Below, piece after piece: positions 18,759-28,961 of a stretch of 64,000 nucleotides of DNA. Location: contig JBHYGA010000004.1 of assembly GCA_051859245.1 (NCBI GenBank), positions 64,001 through 128,000 of the forward strand. The letters run 5' to 3'. Position numbers and translations under genes: made by a program. Source of the DNA: Gemmatimonadaceae bacterium (GTDB lineage Bacteria > Gemmatimonadota > Gemmatimonadetes > Gemmatimonadales > Gemmatimonadaceae). Each line of letters begins with the position of its first letter. Position 1 is the first letter of the stretch. The notes below the pieces were generated by a model, which was given only the letters and a program-made list of their open reading frames with translations, made no database searches and had not been told where the DNA came from.

Positions 18759-19952
18759 ATGTGTCATCGACTGCCGACTGCGCTGATTCGTCCGCTGAGT
18801 GCCTGGTTCAGCCTGGGCTGGGCAGTGCTGATCACCGCGCCGCTGTTGTTTGCGCCGCTGACTGGCATCTCGCCGCTCTCGGCCCAGGCAACGGCCACGC
18901 CAATCACGCGCGTGAGTGCGCTTTCGAACACCGAGTTCGCACGCACGATCTCGGAGCTGTCAGAGGCGGGCGGCTACTTTGACACCGACAACCTGATTTC
19001 CAACGAGCGCAGCTATTTGCACGTGATGGACCAGCTCGACCGGCTGCAAGTGCGCGGCGGCGCGTACATCGGTGTAGGGCCGGATCAGAGTTACTCGTAT
19101 ATCGCACGGACACGTTCAGAACTCGCGTTCCTGCTGGACATTCGCCGCGACAATCTGTTGCAGCACGTGTTGTTCAAGGCGTTGTTCGCCGAAGCCCGAA
19201 CGCGCGCTGAGTACCTTGCGCTGTGGCTCGGCCGGCCGGTCGTGTTTTCCGTACAGCGCGATGCGGCCCTCTCGATTGACGCGCTGCTCGAACAGCTGGA
19301 GCGCACGCCTGCCACCAACGAAAGTCGCAGTGCCGCGCAGCGTGCGGTGCGCGCTCAGATTGCTCGCATGGGACTTTCGTTGTCTGCGGACGACATGGCA
19401 ACGATTGCGCGATTCCATGACACATTCATGTCGCAGGGGCTCGCGCTGCGGTTCACGTCTATCGGTCGTGCTCCGCGCCCCTACTATCCAACACTGCGCG
19501 ACCTGCTGCGTGAAACCGATCGTGCCGGTCGACAGGCGAACTATCTCGCGTCGGAGGCAGACTTTCAGTATCTGAAGGAGCTGCACCATCGCAACCTGAT
19601 CATTCCGATTGTCGGCGATCTTGCGGGCCCGAAAGCGGTTGCCGGAGCCGGCAGATTCGTGCGTGAGCGAGGACTTGTGGTGAGCGTGCTCTACGCGTCA
19701 AACGCCGAAGACTACGTGATGCGTGATGGTGGCTTCGCACGCTACGTGCAGAATGTGGCATCGTTGCCGCGCGCGTCGAACAGCGTGATGATCCGCAGCT
19801 GGTTTGGCGGGCCCGGCACACATCCGCACGAAGTGCCGGGTTATTTCAGCGTGCAGCTGCTGCAAACGATGGATGCCTTTATGCAGGCGTCGAAGGCCGA
19901 TGTGCAGTGGGGCTATCGTGCGTTGGTGTTCTCACCGCATGTCGTGCCGTGA
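18759..19952 (+). CDS. Secreted hypothetical protein, possible SAM-dependent Rossmann-like fold
   Basis: Long signal region ending LSAQA; FDTDNLISNE, YIGVGPDQ, LDIRRDN, GDLAG, LYASN motifs. Confidence 0.7.
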   Translation: MCHRLPTALIRPLSAWFSLGWAVLITAPLLFAPLTGISPLSAQATATPITRVSALSNTEFARTISELSEAGGYFDTDNLISNERSYLHVMDQLDRLQVRGGAYIGVGPDQSYSYIARTRSELAFLLDIRRDNLLQHVLFKALFAEARTRAEYLALWLGRPVVFSVQRDAALSIDALLEQLERTPATNESRSAAQRAVRAQIARMGLSLSADDMATIARFHDTFMSQGLALRFTSIGRAPRPYYPTLRDLLRETDRAGRQANYLASEADFQYLKELHHRNLIIPIVGDLAGPKAVAGAGRFVRERGLVVSVLYASNAEDYVMRDGGFARYVQNVASLPRASNSVMIRSWFGGPGTHPHEVPGYFSVQLLQTMDAFMQASKADVQWGYRALVFSPHVVP

Positions 19953-19958
19953 GCGCAC

Positions 19959-20852
19959 TCAGGACTTCAACAACCCACGCAGCGTCGTCGCGCTATCGTA
20001 TTCGATATCGTACAGCAGCCATGCGTTGTTGATACGCTCCATGACGTATCGCACGTCGGTAGCACGGAAGGCATCGCGAAACGTCACGCGCACGCGAGAC
20101 ATCGCGCCGTCTGTTTGCCAGCCGTTTACCACAAACCGTGTGGGATATTCCTGCGCATTGGTGAACGGATCGCCATTGATCGCTGGCGGTTCATCCGCTG
20201 GCACCGGCTTCGCGAAATACGCTTGCATGTCCAGCCAGAGTGTTGGCGACAACAGCGCGCGTTTCTGTTCGGCCCGCGTGCGATCAAACGCCAAGTCTCC
20301 CGCAAAATGCGCTTCAAGTAATTCCTGCACCGCGACTGCCGCAGGTTCCGCAGTTGGCGCACGCACCAACGTGAGGATCCGGTTATCGATCGCGACGAGC
20401 ATGGAGACCGAATCCACCCGAACGAAATCGAAACCGCCGGTTGAACAGGTGAGCCGCACCGCGGGTGCCGGCAGCTGCCCAATGCCAAGGTCAGCCGCAA
20501 GCCTCGCGTCTGACAGTCCACCCTCAAACAGTCCCTCGGCGGGCAGCTCGACGAGCGTGTGATCCACACCGCTGCACGAGAGCACACCCGGCCCTTCAAC
20601 ACGTGCACTGTCAAACGCCAGCGTTTGACCGACATATGAACTCGCGGGCGACGCGAGAGCAGTGTCCGTGACCCACGGCGCACGTACCGCCCTCGCGATC
20701 CGCCACTCGCCGGAAAAATCCGGGAGTGGCGGGGACACCGCAACCGAGTCAACAACGCCAGCATCGGCTGGCACATCTTCCGGCGCGCGATCACAGGCCG
20801 CGAGCAACAACACGCTGCCGACCGCATACATCGCGGTTTTACACCACGACAT
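19959..20852 (-). CDS. Lipoprotein with DUF3828-like C-terminal domain
   Basis: GGAGG RBS before ATG 20852; lipobox LLLAAC; PP.INGDPFTNAQE and W..YDIEY motifs. Confidence 0.7.
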   Translation of the reverse strand: MSWCKTAMYAVGSVLLLAACDRAPEDVPADAGVVDSVAVSPPLPDFSGEWRIARAVRAPWVTDTALASPASSYVGQTLAFDSARVEGPGVLSCSGVDHTLVELPAEGLFEGGLSDARLAADLGIGQLPAPAVRLTCSTGGFDFVRVDSVSMLVAIDNRILTLVRAPTAEPAAVAVQELLEAHFAGDLAFDRTRAEQKRALLSPTLWLDMQAYFAKPVPADEPPAINGDPFTNAQEYPTRFVVNGWQTDGAMSRVRVTFRDAFRATDVRYVMERINNAWLLYDIEYDSATTLRGLLKS

Positions 20853-22704
20853 ACGCCTCCATCGCGAAGTACTCCGCCAGTCCGAGACGGTCGAGCAAGG
20901 CCGCGGTTTCCTTGTTGCGCGCGTCAACACGCTGCCAAAACTCACGATCATCCTGGCCTGGGAACGGTGCCGAGTCTTTCTGCGACTGGTGTTTGAAGAT
21001 GGCCTGAATCTTGAGACGCAGTTCGTCCTGCGAAATTGGCACAAGCCACGTGGCTTCGGTGACCGGCCACTCCTGCCACGCGCCGCGATACAACCACACT
21101 TCCGGTCGTACAAACGACGCGTCCTCGATGAGCAGTTCTTCGAGCGCGCGCTCCACCGCTTCTTTGCACATGCGATGCGTGCCATGCGGATCGGACAAGT
21201 CACCCGCCACAAAAATCTGGTCGGGCGAGATCTCGCGCAGCAACGCCTTCACGATGTCCACGTCGGCTTTGCCGATCGGATCCTTGCGCACCTTGCCCGT
21301 CTGGTAAAACGGCAGATCAAGAAAACGCGCGGCCTTGCTCGAGAGTCCGATGGTTTCAATACCAGACACCGCTTCTGCCTCGCGAATCACGCGCTTGATA
21401 TCCTGCACCTCCGGGCTGTCCACATCGCCCGCTTTCTTGGACGCGAGGAACGTGAGCACGCGCTCGCGCACCGCTTCAATCGCGGCGACATCAAGCTGTT
21501 GATCGCGCGCCAGTCGCACGAGGAAATCAACGTGACGACGCACATCGTGATCAAACACGGCAATATTGCCGCTCGTCATGTAGGCCACGGTGATGTCATT
21601 CTCGTTGAGCACCAGCTTGCGGAGAATGCCGCCCATCGAGATCACATCGTCATCGGGGTGCGGCGAGAAGCAGATAATCTTCTTGCCCGACACCAGCTTG
21701 GAGCGTCCGCGAATACGCGAGCCCAGCGTATTGAAGATCAATCCGTTCACATCGCCCGCCGTGCCGTGCTGCGCGAGCAGCGACGACAGATGGTACTCCG
21801 CGTAGTCACGCTCGGTGAGCTTGAGGATCGCCTTCCCCGCCGTACGCGAGAGCCACACGACCGCGCGCAGTGTGAGGTCGGGAGTCCACTGCACTTCATC
21901 AATCAGCCACGGCGTCGCAATGCGTGTGAGTTCAGCGGCGGCTGCGTCGTCAACATAGAACGTCGTGCCGCCGTGGCGCTGCAGGAACGTGGCCGCGACA
22001 TCTACCGCGATCTCACCTTCCACCGCGCGCTTCACGATTGCCGCTTTGTGTTCGCCGGTAGCGAGCAGGGCAATCTCACGCGCCGCGAGAATGGTGGCCA
22101 CACCCATCGTGATGGCTTCGCGCGGCACGTGTTCTTCGCCAAAAAAGTCCGCGGCCGCGTCACGGCGCGTGACCATATCGAGCGCGATCATTCGCGTGCG
22201 CGAATCGGCACCTGAACCGGGTTCGTTAAACCCGATGTGTCCCGTTTTACCAATGCCGAGCAGCTGAAAATCAATGCCGCCAGCGCGTTCGATCGCCGCC
22301 TCGTACTCGGCGACGTGCGCATCAAGTCCGTCGCGCGGCACGCTGCCGGACGGGATGTGCACATTCTCCGGCTTGATATCGATGTGCGAGAACAGGTTCT
22401 CCCACATGTAGCGATGGTACGCATGCACGCTGTCGGGCGGCATGGGATAGTACTCATCGAGATTGAACGTGGTCACATGCTGAAACGACAAACCCTCGTC
22501 GCGATGCATGCGAATCAGCTCGCGATACACACCAATGGGCGTAGATCCGGTGGCGAGACCGAGTACACAAGTCTTGCCCTCGCCCGCCTTCTGGCGCACC
22601 AGCGCGCCGATACGCGCCGCCACGAGCCGCGCGATATCGTCATGATCAGGGACAACAACTACGGGAATTCGTTCGCGTGTGGTCGAGTGCGTAGGGGAGT
22701 TCAC
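20839..22704 (-). CDS. nagB: Glucosamine-6-phosphate deaminase, long form with PIG-L-like domain
   Basis: VLGLATGSTP, FNLDEY, GHIGFNEPGS; C-terminal SPHPDDDVISMGG, DPHGTH and IFKHQSQKD. Confidence 0.95.
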   Translation of the reverse strand: MNSPTHSTTRERIPVVVVPDHDDIARLVAARIGALVRQKAGEGKTCVLGLATGSTPIGVYRELIRMHRDEGLSFQHVTTFNLDEYYPMPPDSVHAYHRYMWENLFSHIDIKPENVHIPSGSVPRDGLDAHVAEYEAAIERAGGIDFQLLGIGKTGHIGFNEPGSGADSRTRMIALDMVTRRDAAADFFGEEHVPREAITMGVATILAAREIALLATGEHKAAIVKRAVEGEIAVDVAATFLQRHGGTTFYVDDAAAAELTRIATPWLIDEVQWTPDLTLRAVVWLSRTAGKAILKLTERDYAEYHLSSLLAQHGTAGDVNGLIFNTLGSRIRGRSKLVSGKKIICFSPHPDDDVISMGGILRKLVLNENDITVAYMTSGNIAVFDHDVRRHVDFLVRLARDQQLDVAAIEAVRERVLTFLASKKAGDVDSPEVQDIKRVIREAEAVSGIETIGLSSKAARFLDLPFYQTGKVRKDPIGKADVDIVKALLREISPDQIFVAGDLSDPHGTHRMCKEAVERALEELLIEDASFVRPEVWLYRGAWQEWPVTEATWLVPISQDELRLKIQAIFKHQSQKDSAPFPGQDDREFWQRVDARNKETAALLDRLGLAEYFAMEAYVVV

Positions 22705-22750
22705 GTGCGATCAGATCGGATGGGTCGGCGGGACGCGGGGCTGGAGTGCC

Positions 22751-23188
22751 CTAGCGGGTGCCGAACATGTAGCCATTAAGGTACTGAATGGTGGACTCGT
22801 GCTCAGCTACACGGAAGGCGAGCATGTCACCAATTGTCACAACGCCGTATACGGTCTGCTCGTCGGCCACCGGCAAGTGGCGGATCCGGCGGGTGGTCAT
22901 CACGGCGCTGCATTCGTCGAGCTTGGTGTTGGGCAGGCAGGTAATGACATCGCGGGTCATCACTTCTGACACGGGCGTGGTTTTTGGATCCCGGCCGGCC
23001 ACCACGACGCGGCGCAAGATGTCCCGCTCCGTGAAGACGCCGAGCAGGTTCTTGCCTTCGTCCACGATGAGCAGACCGCCCACCCCGCGCTCATTCATGA
23101 GCTCGGCGGCCTGAAAGACGGTCGCCGAGGGGACGATGGAGACAACGGCGGTACCCTTTCGGGCGAGAATGTCGCGAACTGTTGGCAT
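22751..23188 (-). CDS. CBS domain pair protein
   Basis: AGGAG RBS; GVFTERDI, VSEVMTRDV, RIRHLPV, GVVTIGD. Confidence 0.92.
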   Translation of the reverse strand: MPTVRDILARKGTAVVSIVPSATVFQAAELMNERGVGGLLIVDEGKNLLGVFTERDILRRVVVAGRDPKTTPVSEVMTRDVITCLPNTKLDECSAVMTTRRIRHLPVADEQTVYGVVTIGDMLAFRVAEHESTIQYLNGYMFGTR

Positions 23189-23240
23189 GGTGAAACTCCT
23201 GAGAAAAGAATGCGGCCCGAGCCGAAGCCGAGCGATAGCG

Positions 23241-23978
23241 TCAGCGCGTGAGCCCGTACACGATGTAGTTGGTGGCAAACTTGTAGGCGTCGTTGGACAG
23301 GTTCACCGGGTACCACCCCTCGCCAGACCACTCCATGTAGTCGCCAATGTCGTTGTTGTAATTGATGATCACCATCAGCCGGCGCGACGGGTCATTGTTC
23401 TCATAGATCCCGAGATATTCCGCGCGCGCGCCCGGCGTGCCAGGGTGATTCATCCCCTCAAGCGAGGCGATGGAAAAGAATGAGTGAAAAATGGGATGAT
23501 CCACCGTGAGCGGAACGATTTGCGCATCCGGCAGCACGTAGCGCATGGCGCGCTCGAACTGAGCCCACTGATTGAGCAGGAAATCGTCGACAATCAGGAA
23601 TCCTCCCTTCTGCAACCATTTGCGCAGTCCGTCTGCTTCGCTGTCATCAGGATACCAGTAGCCCGGCTCCGACAGATAGGCGATCGGATAGCGAGACAGC
23701 TCTGGATCGTTCATGTCGAGCACGTTGCTTTCTGTCACGTGCGGATGAACCGTAGACAGATCATTCAGAATCGTCATGAAGTTGCGCTCCATGGCGGGGT
23801 AGTCGAATGACCAGCCCGGATGTCCCTGATACCGCAGACGCGCGAACGTGAACTTCCCGTCGTAGGGGGCGTTGGGTTCTACGTACTGATACCGCCGCTG
23901 TGAATCCGCGTGACCGGCGGAGAACACAACGGCCGCAAGCGCTACGAGCAGCGCTCTGCTTCGCGTGAAACACGTCAC
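23241..23978 (-). CDS. Secreted DUF4159-domain protein
   Basis: FTFARLRY, W..DYP, YPIAY..EPG.W, GGFLIVDDF, HPIFHSFF, NYIVYGLT. Start chosen at the GTG overlapping the upstream stop. Confidence 0.85.
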   Translation of the reverse strand: MTCFTRSRALLVALAAVVFSAGHADSQRRYQYVEPNAPYDGKFTFARLRYQGHPGWSFDYPAMERNFMTILNDLSTVHPHVTESNVLDMNDPELSRYPIAYLSEPGYWYPDDSEADGLRKWLQKGGFLIVDDFLLNQWAQFERAMRYVLPDAQIVPLTVDHPIFHSFFSIASLEGMNHPGTPGARAEYLGIYENNDPSRRLMVIINYNNDIGDYMEWSGEGWYPVNLSNDAYKFATNYIVYGLTR

Positions 23979-24544
23979 GCGGATGCGTTGTATGCGGTTC
24001 GTAACCACTGCAGGAGCTCGCCGTCAATTTCTCCAACCGAGCTAAGCCGCAACTTGTAGTTGCACATGCCGCCAGGTGGAATTGCAAGTAAACGATCAGT
24101 GGCGTCAACGCCCTTCATGTTGAAGCCGATTTCAATCTTGTCCCTGGTGGCGGGTCCCACGGTCGCGAACTGCTTACTGCGTCGCAAACTCACGTACGTT
24201 TTCTTTGGCGCATGTTCGAACGGTCCGAACGCGCTGATCGCATTAATGATTGCGTCATGCAGGGGACGTAGCGCGGACTTCGGACCGGTGTAGATCGTGT
24301 CCAGGATGTCATCAACGGCCTTGCCTTCCGCCATCGCATCGCCGTGCGACTGCATCGCCATGTGCACGAGCGTATTGGCGTCGCCGTGCCCCATCCCGAG
24401 CTGCTGCTTGAGCATCGCCACTTTCTCACCATGCTTGCTCAACCCGCTCGCCTGAATGATCGCCGAGAGTTCGGCGATCGACTTGCCAGTGCGCTTCTCG
24501 ATATTGGCCATTTGTGTGGCCACGGCCTGCGCCAGATCAGCCAT
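23975..24544 (-). CDS. DUF4287/DUF5655-domain protein
   Basis: GGAGG RBS; NIEKRTGK, GMGHGDAN, PKKTYVSLRR.KQFA, WLR.AY. Confidence 0.88.
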   Translation of the reverse strand: MADLAQAVATQMANIEKRTGKSIAELSAIIQASGLSKHGEKVAMLKQQLGMGHGDANTLVHMAMQSHGDAMAEGKAVDDILDTIYTGPKSALRPLHDAIINAISAFGPFEHAPKKTYVSLRRSKQFATVGPATRDKIEIGFNMKGVDATDRLLAIPPGGMCNYKLRLSSVGEIDGELLQWLRTAYNASA

Positions 24545-24775
24545 GCGGCCTCCGGTCGGGAATGGGGCACGAACGCGGGGAGCGTCTGAGGGGGGATGGG
24601 AAGCATGCGCCCTGCGGCAGCACCCGTCAACGTGCCGCTGGAAACCAGCGGCGCGCGTCGAGGGCAACGCACATATTCCGGGGACGAGTCGCGAAGGCCA
24701 CCCCTGCGCGCTTGCCCACCCGCCACGAAGCCGTCGCGTCGTATCGTCCGCTCACCTGCCCGTTGGATCATTCCC

Positions 24776-26881
24776 ATGAGCCACACTCCTCCGCCTGCCA
24801 CGACCCGCCACTGGCGCCGCGTGGTCTCCTCGTCTGTTCTTGCACTGGCGTTCGCTGCACACGCAGCGTCCGCGCAGGCAGGACGTCCGTTTACCGACGC
24901 TGATGTGATGCGCCTGGCCGCCGTGGGCGGCGTCGCGATGTCGCCGAGCGGCGATCGCGTGCTGTACACCGTGTCCGCGTGGGAACATCCCGCAGCACGC
25001 GGTGACACCGCGCTTGGCGATCGACATGAACGGCGCGCACACATCTGGATGGTGCCGTACTCAGGTGGATCAGCCCGACAGCTCACCACCGGCGAACGGG
25101 GCGAGTCGCAGCCGCAGTGGTCGCCAGACGGCGAGCGCATTTCGTTCGTAGCCGCACGAGGTTCCGGCACGGGCGAAGATGCACCGAAAGCACAATTGTG
25201 GCTGTTGCCCGTGGACGGCGGCGAAGCCACACAGCTCACCACCGCGCGCGATGGCGTCGTGGCGTATGCATGGTCGCCCGATGGTGGGCAGATCGCCTAT
25301 CTCACGCCAGACACATTGTCGCGCGACGCGGAAGCGCGCACGCGTCGTCGTGATGATCCCAAAGTGTACGAAGGCGATTTTCGATTGAATCACATCTGGG
25401 TGATTGATGTGGCCACGAAGCAGGCGCGCAAAATCACCAGTGGCACGTTCACCGTGCGCGGCGCGCCCTCGTGGTCTCCGGATGGTCGTTCACTCGCGTT
25501 CGATGCCTCGCCAACACCATTGATTCGTGATGAGCGACGTGACGCCTACGTCGTGGATGTGGCCTCGGCGCGCATTGATCGGATTACCTCAACGTCTGAC
25601 GTCGAATCCACACCGCAGTTCTCTCCGGACGGCAAGTTGCTCGCGTTTACGCAACTGGCGCACGAATGGAAAGCAAATGCAGACGGCATCATGCCGCGCA
25701 CGTTGCGTAATGCTCGGCTCATCACGTACGACGTTGCGACACGGCAAAGCACCGACCACGCCGTGCGCACGTTCGATGTGAGCCCAGGCCAGCCACGCTG
25801 GTCGCCTAACGGACGCGAAATCTGGTTCACTGCCTCGGATCGTGTGTGGCAGTCGCTCTATAGCTACGACGTGGCCGCCAGGAGCTATCGAAAGGTCACG
25901 AGTGACGTACTTGTGAACGGCGTGTCGGCCAGTCGCGATGGATCCAAACTGGCGTTTATTCTCGACACGCCCGCATGGCCTGGCGAAGTGCATGTGTCAG
26001 ACGCGAGCGGCGCAGCACCCAAGCGCATCACGAACACCAATCCGTGGCTTTCGGACGTCGCGATTGGTCGCAGTGAAGTGATCACGTGGAAGAGCAAGGA
26101 TGGTACGCCGGTTGAAGGCGTGTTGCTTCTACCTGCCAACTACACCACCGGTAGCAAAGTACCGTTGCTCGTCTCCGCGCACGGCGGACCAACGGCCGCG
26201 CACACGAATGGATTCAAGGGCAGCTCAAGCCCCGGACAAACCTGGGCGTCGCGTGGCTGGGCGGTGCTGTATCCCAATCCACGCGGCTCCACGGGCTACG
26301 GCGAATCCTTTATGCGCGGCAACATTCGCGACTGGGGCGGCGGCGACTATCGCGACATCATGAGTGGAGTCGATGACGTGATTCGACGCGGCATCGCTGA
26401 TTCGTCACGCATGGCATTTGAGGGCTGGAGCTACGGTGGCTACATGACCTCGTGGGTTGTTTCACAGACGGGCCGTTTCAAAGCCGCCATGATGGGCGCG
26501 GGTTTGCCGTCACTGCTGAGCATGGCCGGCACCACGGACATTCCCGGCTACATCAGCACGTTCTTCAACGGCGCACCGCAGTTCGACGGCAGTCTGGTCA
26601 ATGCGAACATCAAGTTCTATCTCGAGCGTTCGGCCGTGAGTTACACCGATCGTGTCACCACACCGTTGCTGATTCTACACGGCGCCAACGACGAACGTGT
26701 CCCGATCGGACAGCCCATGGAGTTCTACCGCGCACTCAAAGATCGCGGTAAGACCACGGAGCTTGTTTTCTATCCCCGTGAAGGCCACGGCCTCTCCGAG
26801 TACTACCATCAACTCGATCGCATGAAACGCGAATACGAATGGATGGCGCGATACACACTGCGCACCACCACGCTGCAGTAG
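24776..26881 (+). CDS. S9 family peptidase (prolyl oligopeptidase/acylaminoacyl peptidase-like), secreted
   Basis: PD40 WSPDG repeats; HGGP, NPRGSTGYG, GWSYGG, HG..D.RVP and YPREGH catalytic motifs. Confidence 0.93.
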   Translation: MSHTPPPATTRHWRRVVSSSVLALAFAAHAASAQAGRPFTDADVMRLAAVGGVAMSPSGDRVLYTVSAWEHPAARGDTALGDRHERRAHIWMVPYSGGSARQLTTGERGESQPQWSPDGERISFVAARGSGTGEDAPKAQLWLLPVDGGEATQLTTARDGVVAYAWSPDGGQIAYLTPDTLSRDAEARTRRRDDPKVYEGDFRLNHIWVIDVATKQARKITSGTFTVRGAPSWSPDGRSLAFDASPTPLIRDERRDAYVVDVASARIDRITSTSDVESTPQFSPDGKLLAFTQLAHEWKANADGIMPRTLRNARLITYDVATRQSTDHAVRTFDVSPGQPRWSPNGREIWFTASDRVWQSLYSYDVAARSYRKVTSDVLVNGVSASRDGSKLAFILDTPAWPGEVHVSDASGAAPKRITNTNPWLSDVAIGRSEVITWKSKDGTPVEGVLLLPANYTTGSKVPLLVSAHGGPTAAHTNGFKGSSSPGQTWASRGWAVLYPNPRGSTGYGESFMRGNIRDWGGGDYRDIMSGVDDVIRRGIADSSRMAFEGWSYGGYMTSWVVSQTGRFKAAMMGAGLPSLLSMAGTTDIPGYISTFFNGAPQFDGSLVNANIKFYLERSAVSYTDRVTTPLLILHGANDERVPIGQPMEFYRALKDRGKTTELVFYPREGHGLSEYYHQLDRMKREYEWMARYTLRTTTLQ

Positions 26882-26885
26882 CGCA

Positions 26886-27055
26886 GTTCCCCTTTAAAAT
26901 CTTTTGCTCTTCTTCGTGTCTTCTGTGCCTTTGTGTCTTCCCTCCGCAGTTCTCCCAGCATTAGGAGCATCTGGGCAATGAAGCCTGACGCTCTCCTGGC
27001 GCGGAGAGAACTGCGGAGGGAAGACACAAAGGCACAAAGGACACAAAAACTGCGA
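26886..27055. repeat. Palindromic intergenic element, copy 1
   Basis: 31-bp perfect inverted arms 26924-26954/27006-27036 around a 51-nt core; homologous to 45567-45751; sits between convergent stop codons. Confidence 0.9.
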
Positions 27056-28252
27056 TCAAGAGACTGAACTTGAAAAGACGAAGAGGAGCACTGCGCCTGC
27101 GACTGAAGAGATCACTGCCCAGATCGGCGACGTGCGCGCGAGTACAAGCAGGCCGAGCAGCGCGAGTATTGCGTCGTTGATGTTGTGAACGGCACTCGTC
27201 AGTACTGGATCGTAAAGCGCCGCCGTGAGAATCCCCACCACGGCGGCGTTGATCCCGGCGATGACGCGCGTAGCGCGAGGAAAGGCGCGCAGTTGCGACC
27301 ACGCGGGTAACACCGCGATGAGCAGCAGAAATCCGGGTGTGAAGATGGCAAGTAGTGCCACCAGCGACGCAAGCACGAGATGCGCACCTGATGCGGCACC
27401 CATGTAGGCGGCCACGGAGAACAGTGGACCGGGAACGGCTTGCGCGGCGCCGTAACCGAGCATGAATGATTCGGCCGACATCCAACCCGTGTTGACCAGC
27501 GATTGTTCGAGCAGTGGCAGCACCACATGCCCACCGCCGAACACAAGCGCACCAGCGCGATAGAACGCCGCCGCGATACCGGGCACAGAAGGCGCGCTGG
27601 TCGACCAGAAGAGCGCCAGGCTCAAGCCAACCACAAAGAGCACCGCCGCCGTGCGTGATGTGCGGGGACTGATCGCGAGCGTTGGTGCGGACATGTCCGA
27701 ACCGTTTGCATCCGCGCACACGAGCCAGCCCGCAATCGCGCCAATCGCAATCACGAAAAGCTGCCCCCACGCGGTGCCCAGTTGCAGCACGATCGCTGCG
27801 GCAAGTATCGCGATGATCACTCGCTGCACATCGGGGGTCATGGTACGCACCATGCGCCACACGGCGTGTGCGACAATCACGACCGCTGAGATCTTCAGGC
27901 CGTGCAGCACGGCTGTACCGACTCCACGATCCAGCGCGGCTGCGTAACGCGCGAGCAACAACAGTGCCACAGCCGACGGCGTCGTGAACGCCACAAACGC
28001 GGCCAGCGCACCCTGCCATCCGGCACGCATCCAACCGATCGCAAACCCCAACTGGCTGCTCGCCGGACCCGGTAGCAACTGGCAGACCGCCAACAGTTGT
28101 GCAAACTGTGCGTCGGTAAGCCAGCGTCGCCGCACCACAAAGGCCTCGTGCATGTAGCCGAGGTGTGCGATGGGACCGCCAAACGACGTGAGTCCGAGCC
28201 GTAGAAACGCGACAAAGACGGAGCGAGCGGATTCCTGCGCAGGAACGTGCAT
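27056..28252 (-). CDS. chrA: Chromate efflux transporter (long-chain CHR)
   Basis: FLRLGLTSFGGPIAHLG, CQLLPGPASSQLG, LVFGGGHVVLP, AQAVPGPLF. Confidence 0.93.
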   Translation of the reverse strand: MHVPAQESARSVFVAFLRLGLTSFGGPIAHLGYMHEAFVVRRRWLTDAQFAQLLAVCQLLPGPASSQLGFAIGWMRAGWQGALAAFVAFTTPSAVALLLLARYAAALDRGVGTAVLHGLKISAVVIVAHAVWRMVRTMTPDVQRVIIAILAAAIVLQLGTAWGQLFVIAIGAIAGWLVCADANGSDMSAPTLAISPRTSRTAAVLFVVGLSLALFWSTSAPSVPGIAAAFYRAGALVFGGGHVVLPLLEQSLVNTGWMSAESFMLGYGAAQAVPGPLFSVAAYMGAASGAHLVLASLVALLAIFTPGFLLLIAVLPAWSQLRAFPRATRVIAGINAAVVGILTAALYDPVLTSAVHNINDAILALLGLLVLARTSPIWAVISSVAGAVLLFVFSSSVS

Positions 28253-28358
28253 CGCCAATGCTAGGTAATTGGCAGGGTCCGGCGCGAGGGGTACGTTCCT
28301 CGCACAACCGGAGTCCCCGACTTTCTCTCACACCGGCATTCGCCGCTACCGAGCTCGC

Positions 28359-28859
28359 ATGACTCGTCGAAATCAGATCGCTGCCCTGCTCACCGTGATT
28401 TCACTTGGCGTGTTAGTCCCAGGACTGACGCGACCGGTCCTCACCATTTCCGCATCGATCTCCATTCTTGGGAACACACGCGAGATCTTCCGTGAAACGC
28501 AGAGCATCGTGGAGAGCGTGCGCAATCTGTTTGAGTCGGGCAACGTGTTTGTCGGATCACTCATCCTGCTCTTCAGTATTCTGGTGCCACTGATCAAGGC
28601 CGTGCTGCTCGGCATAGTACTTTTGACCCAGAAACCCGCGACGCGCGATGCGCTGGCGCGTGTAGTGCGTTCAATCAGCAAGTGGTCCATGGCCGATGTG
28701 TTTGTGGTCGGCATTTTCATTGCGTTCATGGCCGCCAACGCGCTCGACAATCTCGATGCAGTGGCCGGAGAAGGGCTCTACTACTTTGCCGCGTATTGCC
28801 TGATCTCTAATCTGGCGTTTCAGTTCCTGAGTGTGCCGTCGACCATGCGAAACAGCTAG
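28359..28859 (+). CDS. pqiA: Paraquat-inducible protein A family (single domain)
   Basis: LFSILVP.IK, SKWSMADVFVV, GLYYFAAYC. Confidence 0.82.
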   Translation: MTRRNQIAALLTVISLGVLVPGLTRPVLTISASISILGNTREIFRETQSIVESVRNLFESGNVFVGSLILLFSILVPLIKAVLLGIVLLTQKPATRDALARVVRSISKWSMADVFVVGIFIAFMAANALDNLDAVAGEGLYYFAAYCLISNLAFQFLSVPSTMRNS

Positions 28860-28961
28860 TCGGAATTTTTTGTCTCCGTCTGTAGCCCGGAAATCGTCAC
28901 CGTGGACAGGCTGTTCGTCCCGTTCCGCTGGCAACTGTCCCATGGTTGAATCCTGAACGTG

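Noticed and set aside
20662..22215. 517-aa + strand ORF
   Set aside because: Antisense shadow of nagB.
20839..22704. NagB-deacetylase fusion as a novelty
   Set aside because: The long NagB with a PIG-L-like domain is a known, widespread form.
26809..27027. Short ORFs containing MLLMLGELRRE here and at 45449-45646
   Set aside because: The shared peptide simply reflects the repeat DNA; the frames diverge after the indel and run antisense into real genes.
26886..27055. Palindromic element as an integron attC site or a plain terminator
   Set aside because: It sits between convergent genes rather than in a co-oriented cassette array, I see no RYYYAAC/GTTRRRY boxes and there is no integrase. It is much longer and more conserved between copies than a simple terminator, although it may also terminate transcription.
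26961..28331. 456-aa - strand ORF overlapping chrA
   Set aside because: Alternative frame, Arg/Cys-rich and not protein-like; the chrA frame carries the family motifs.
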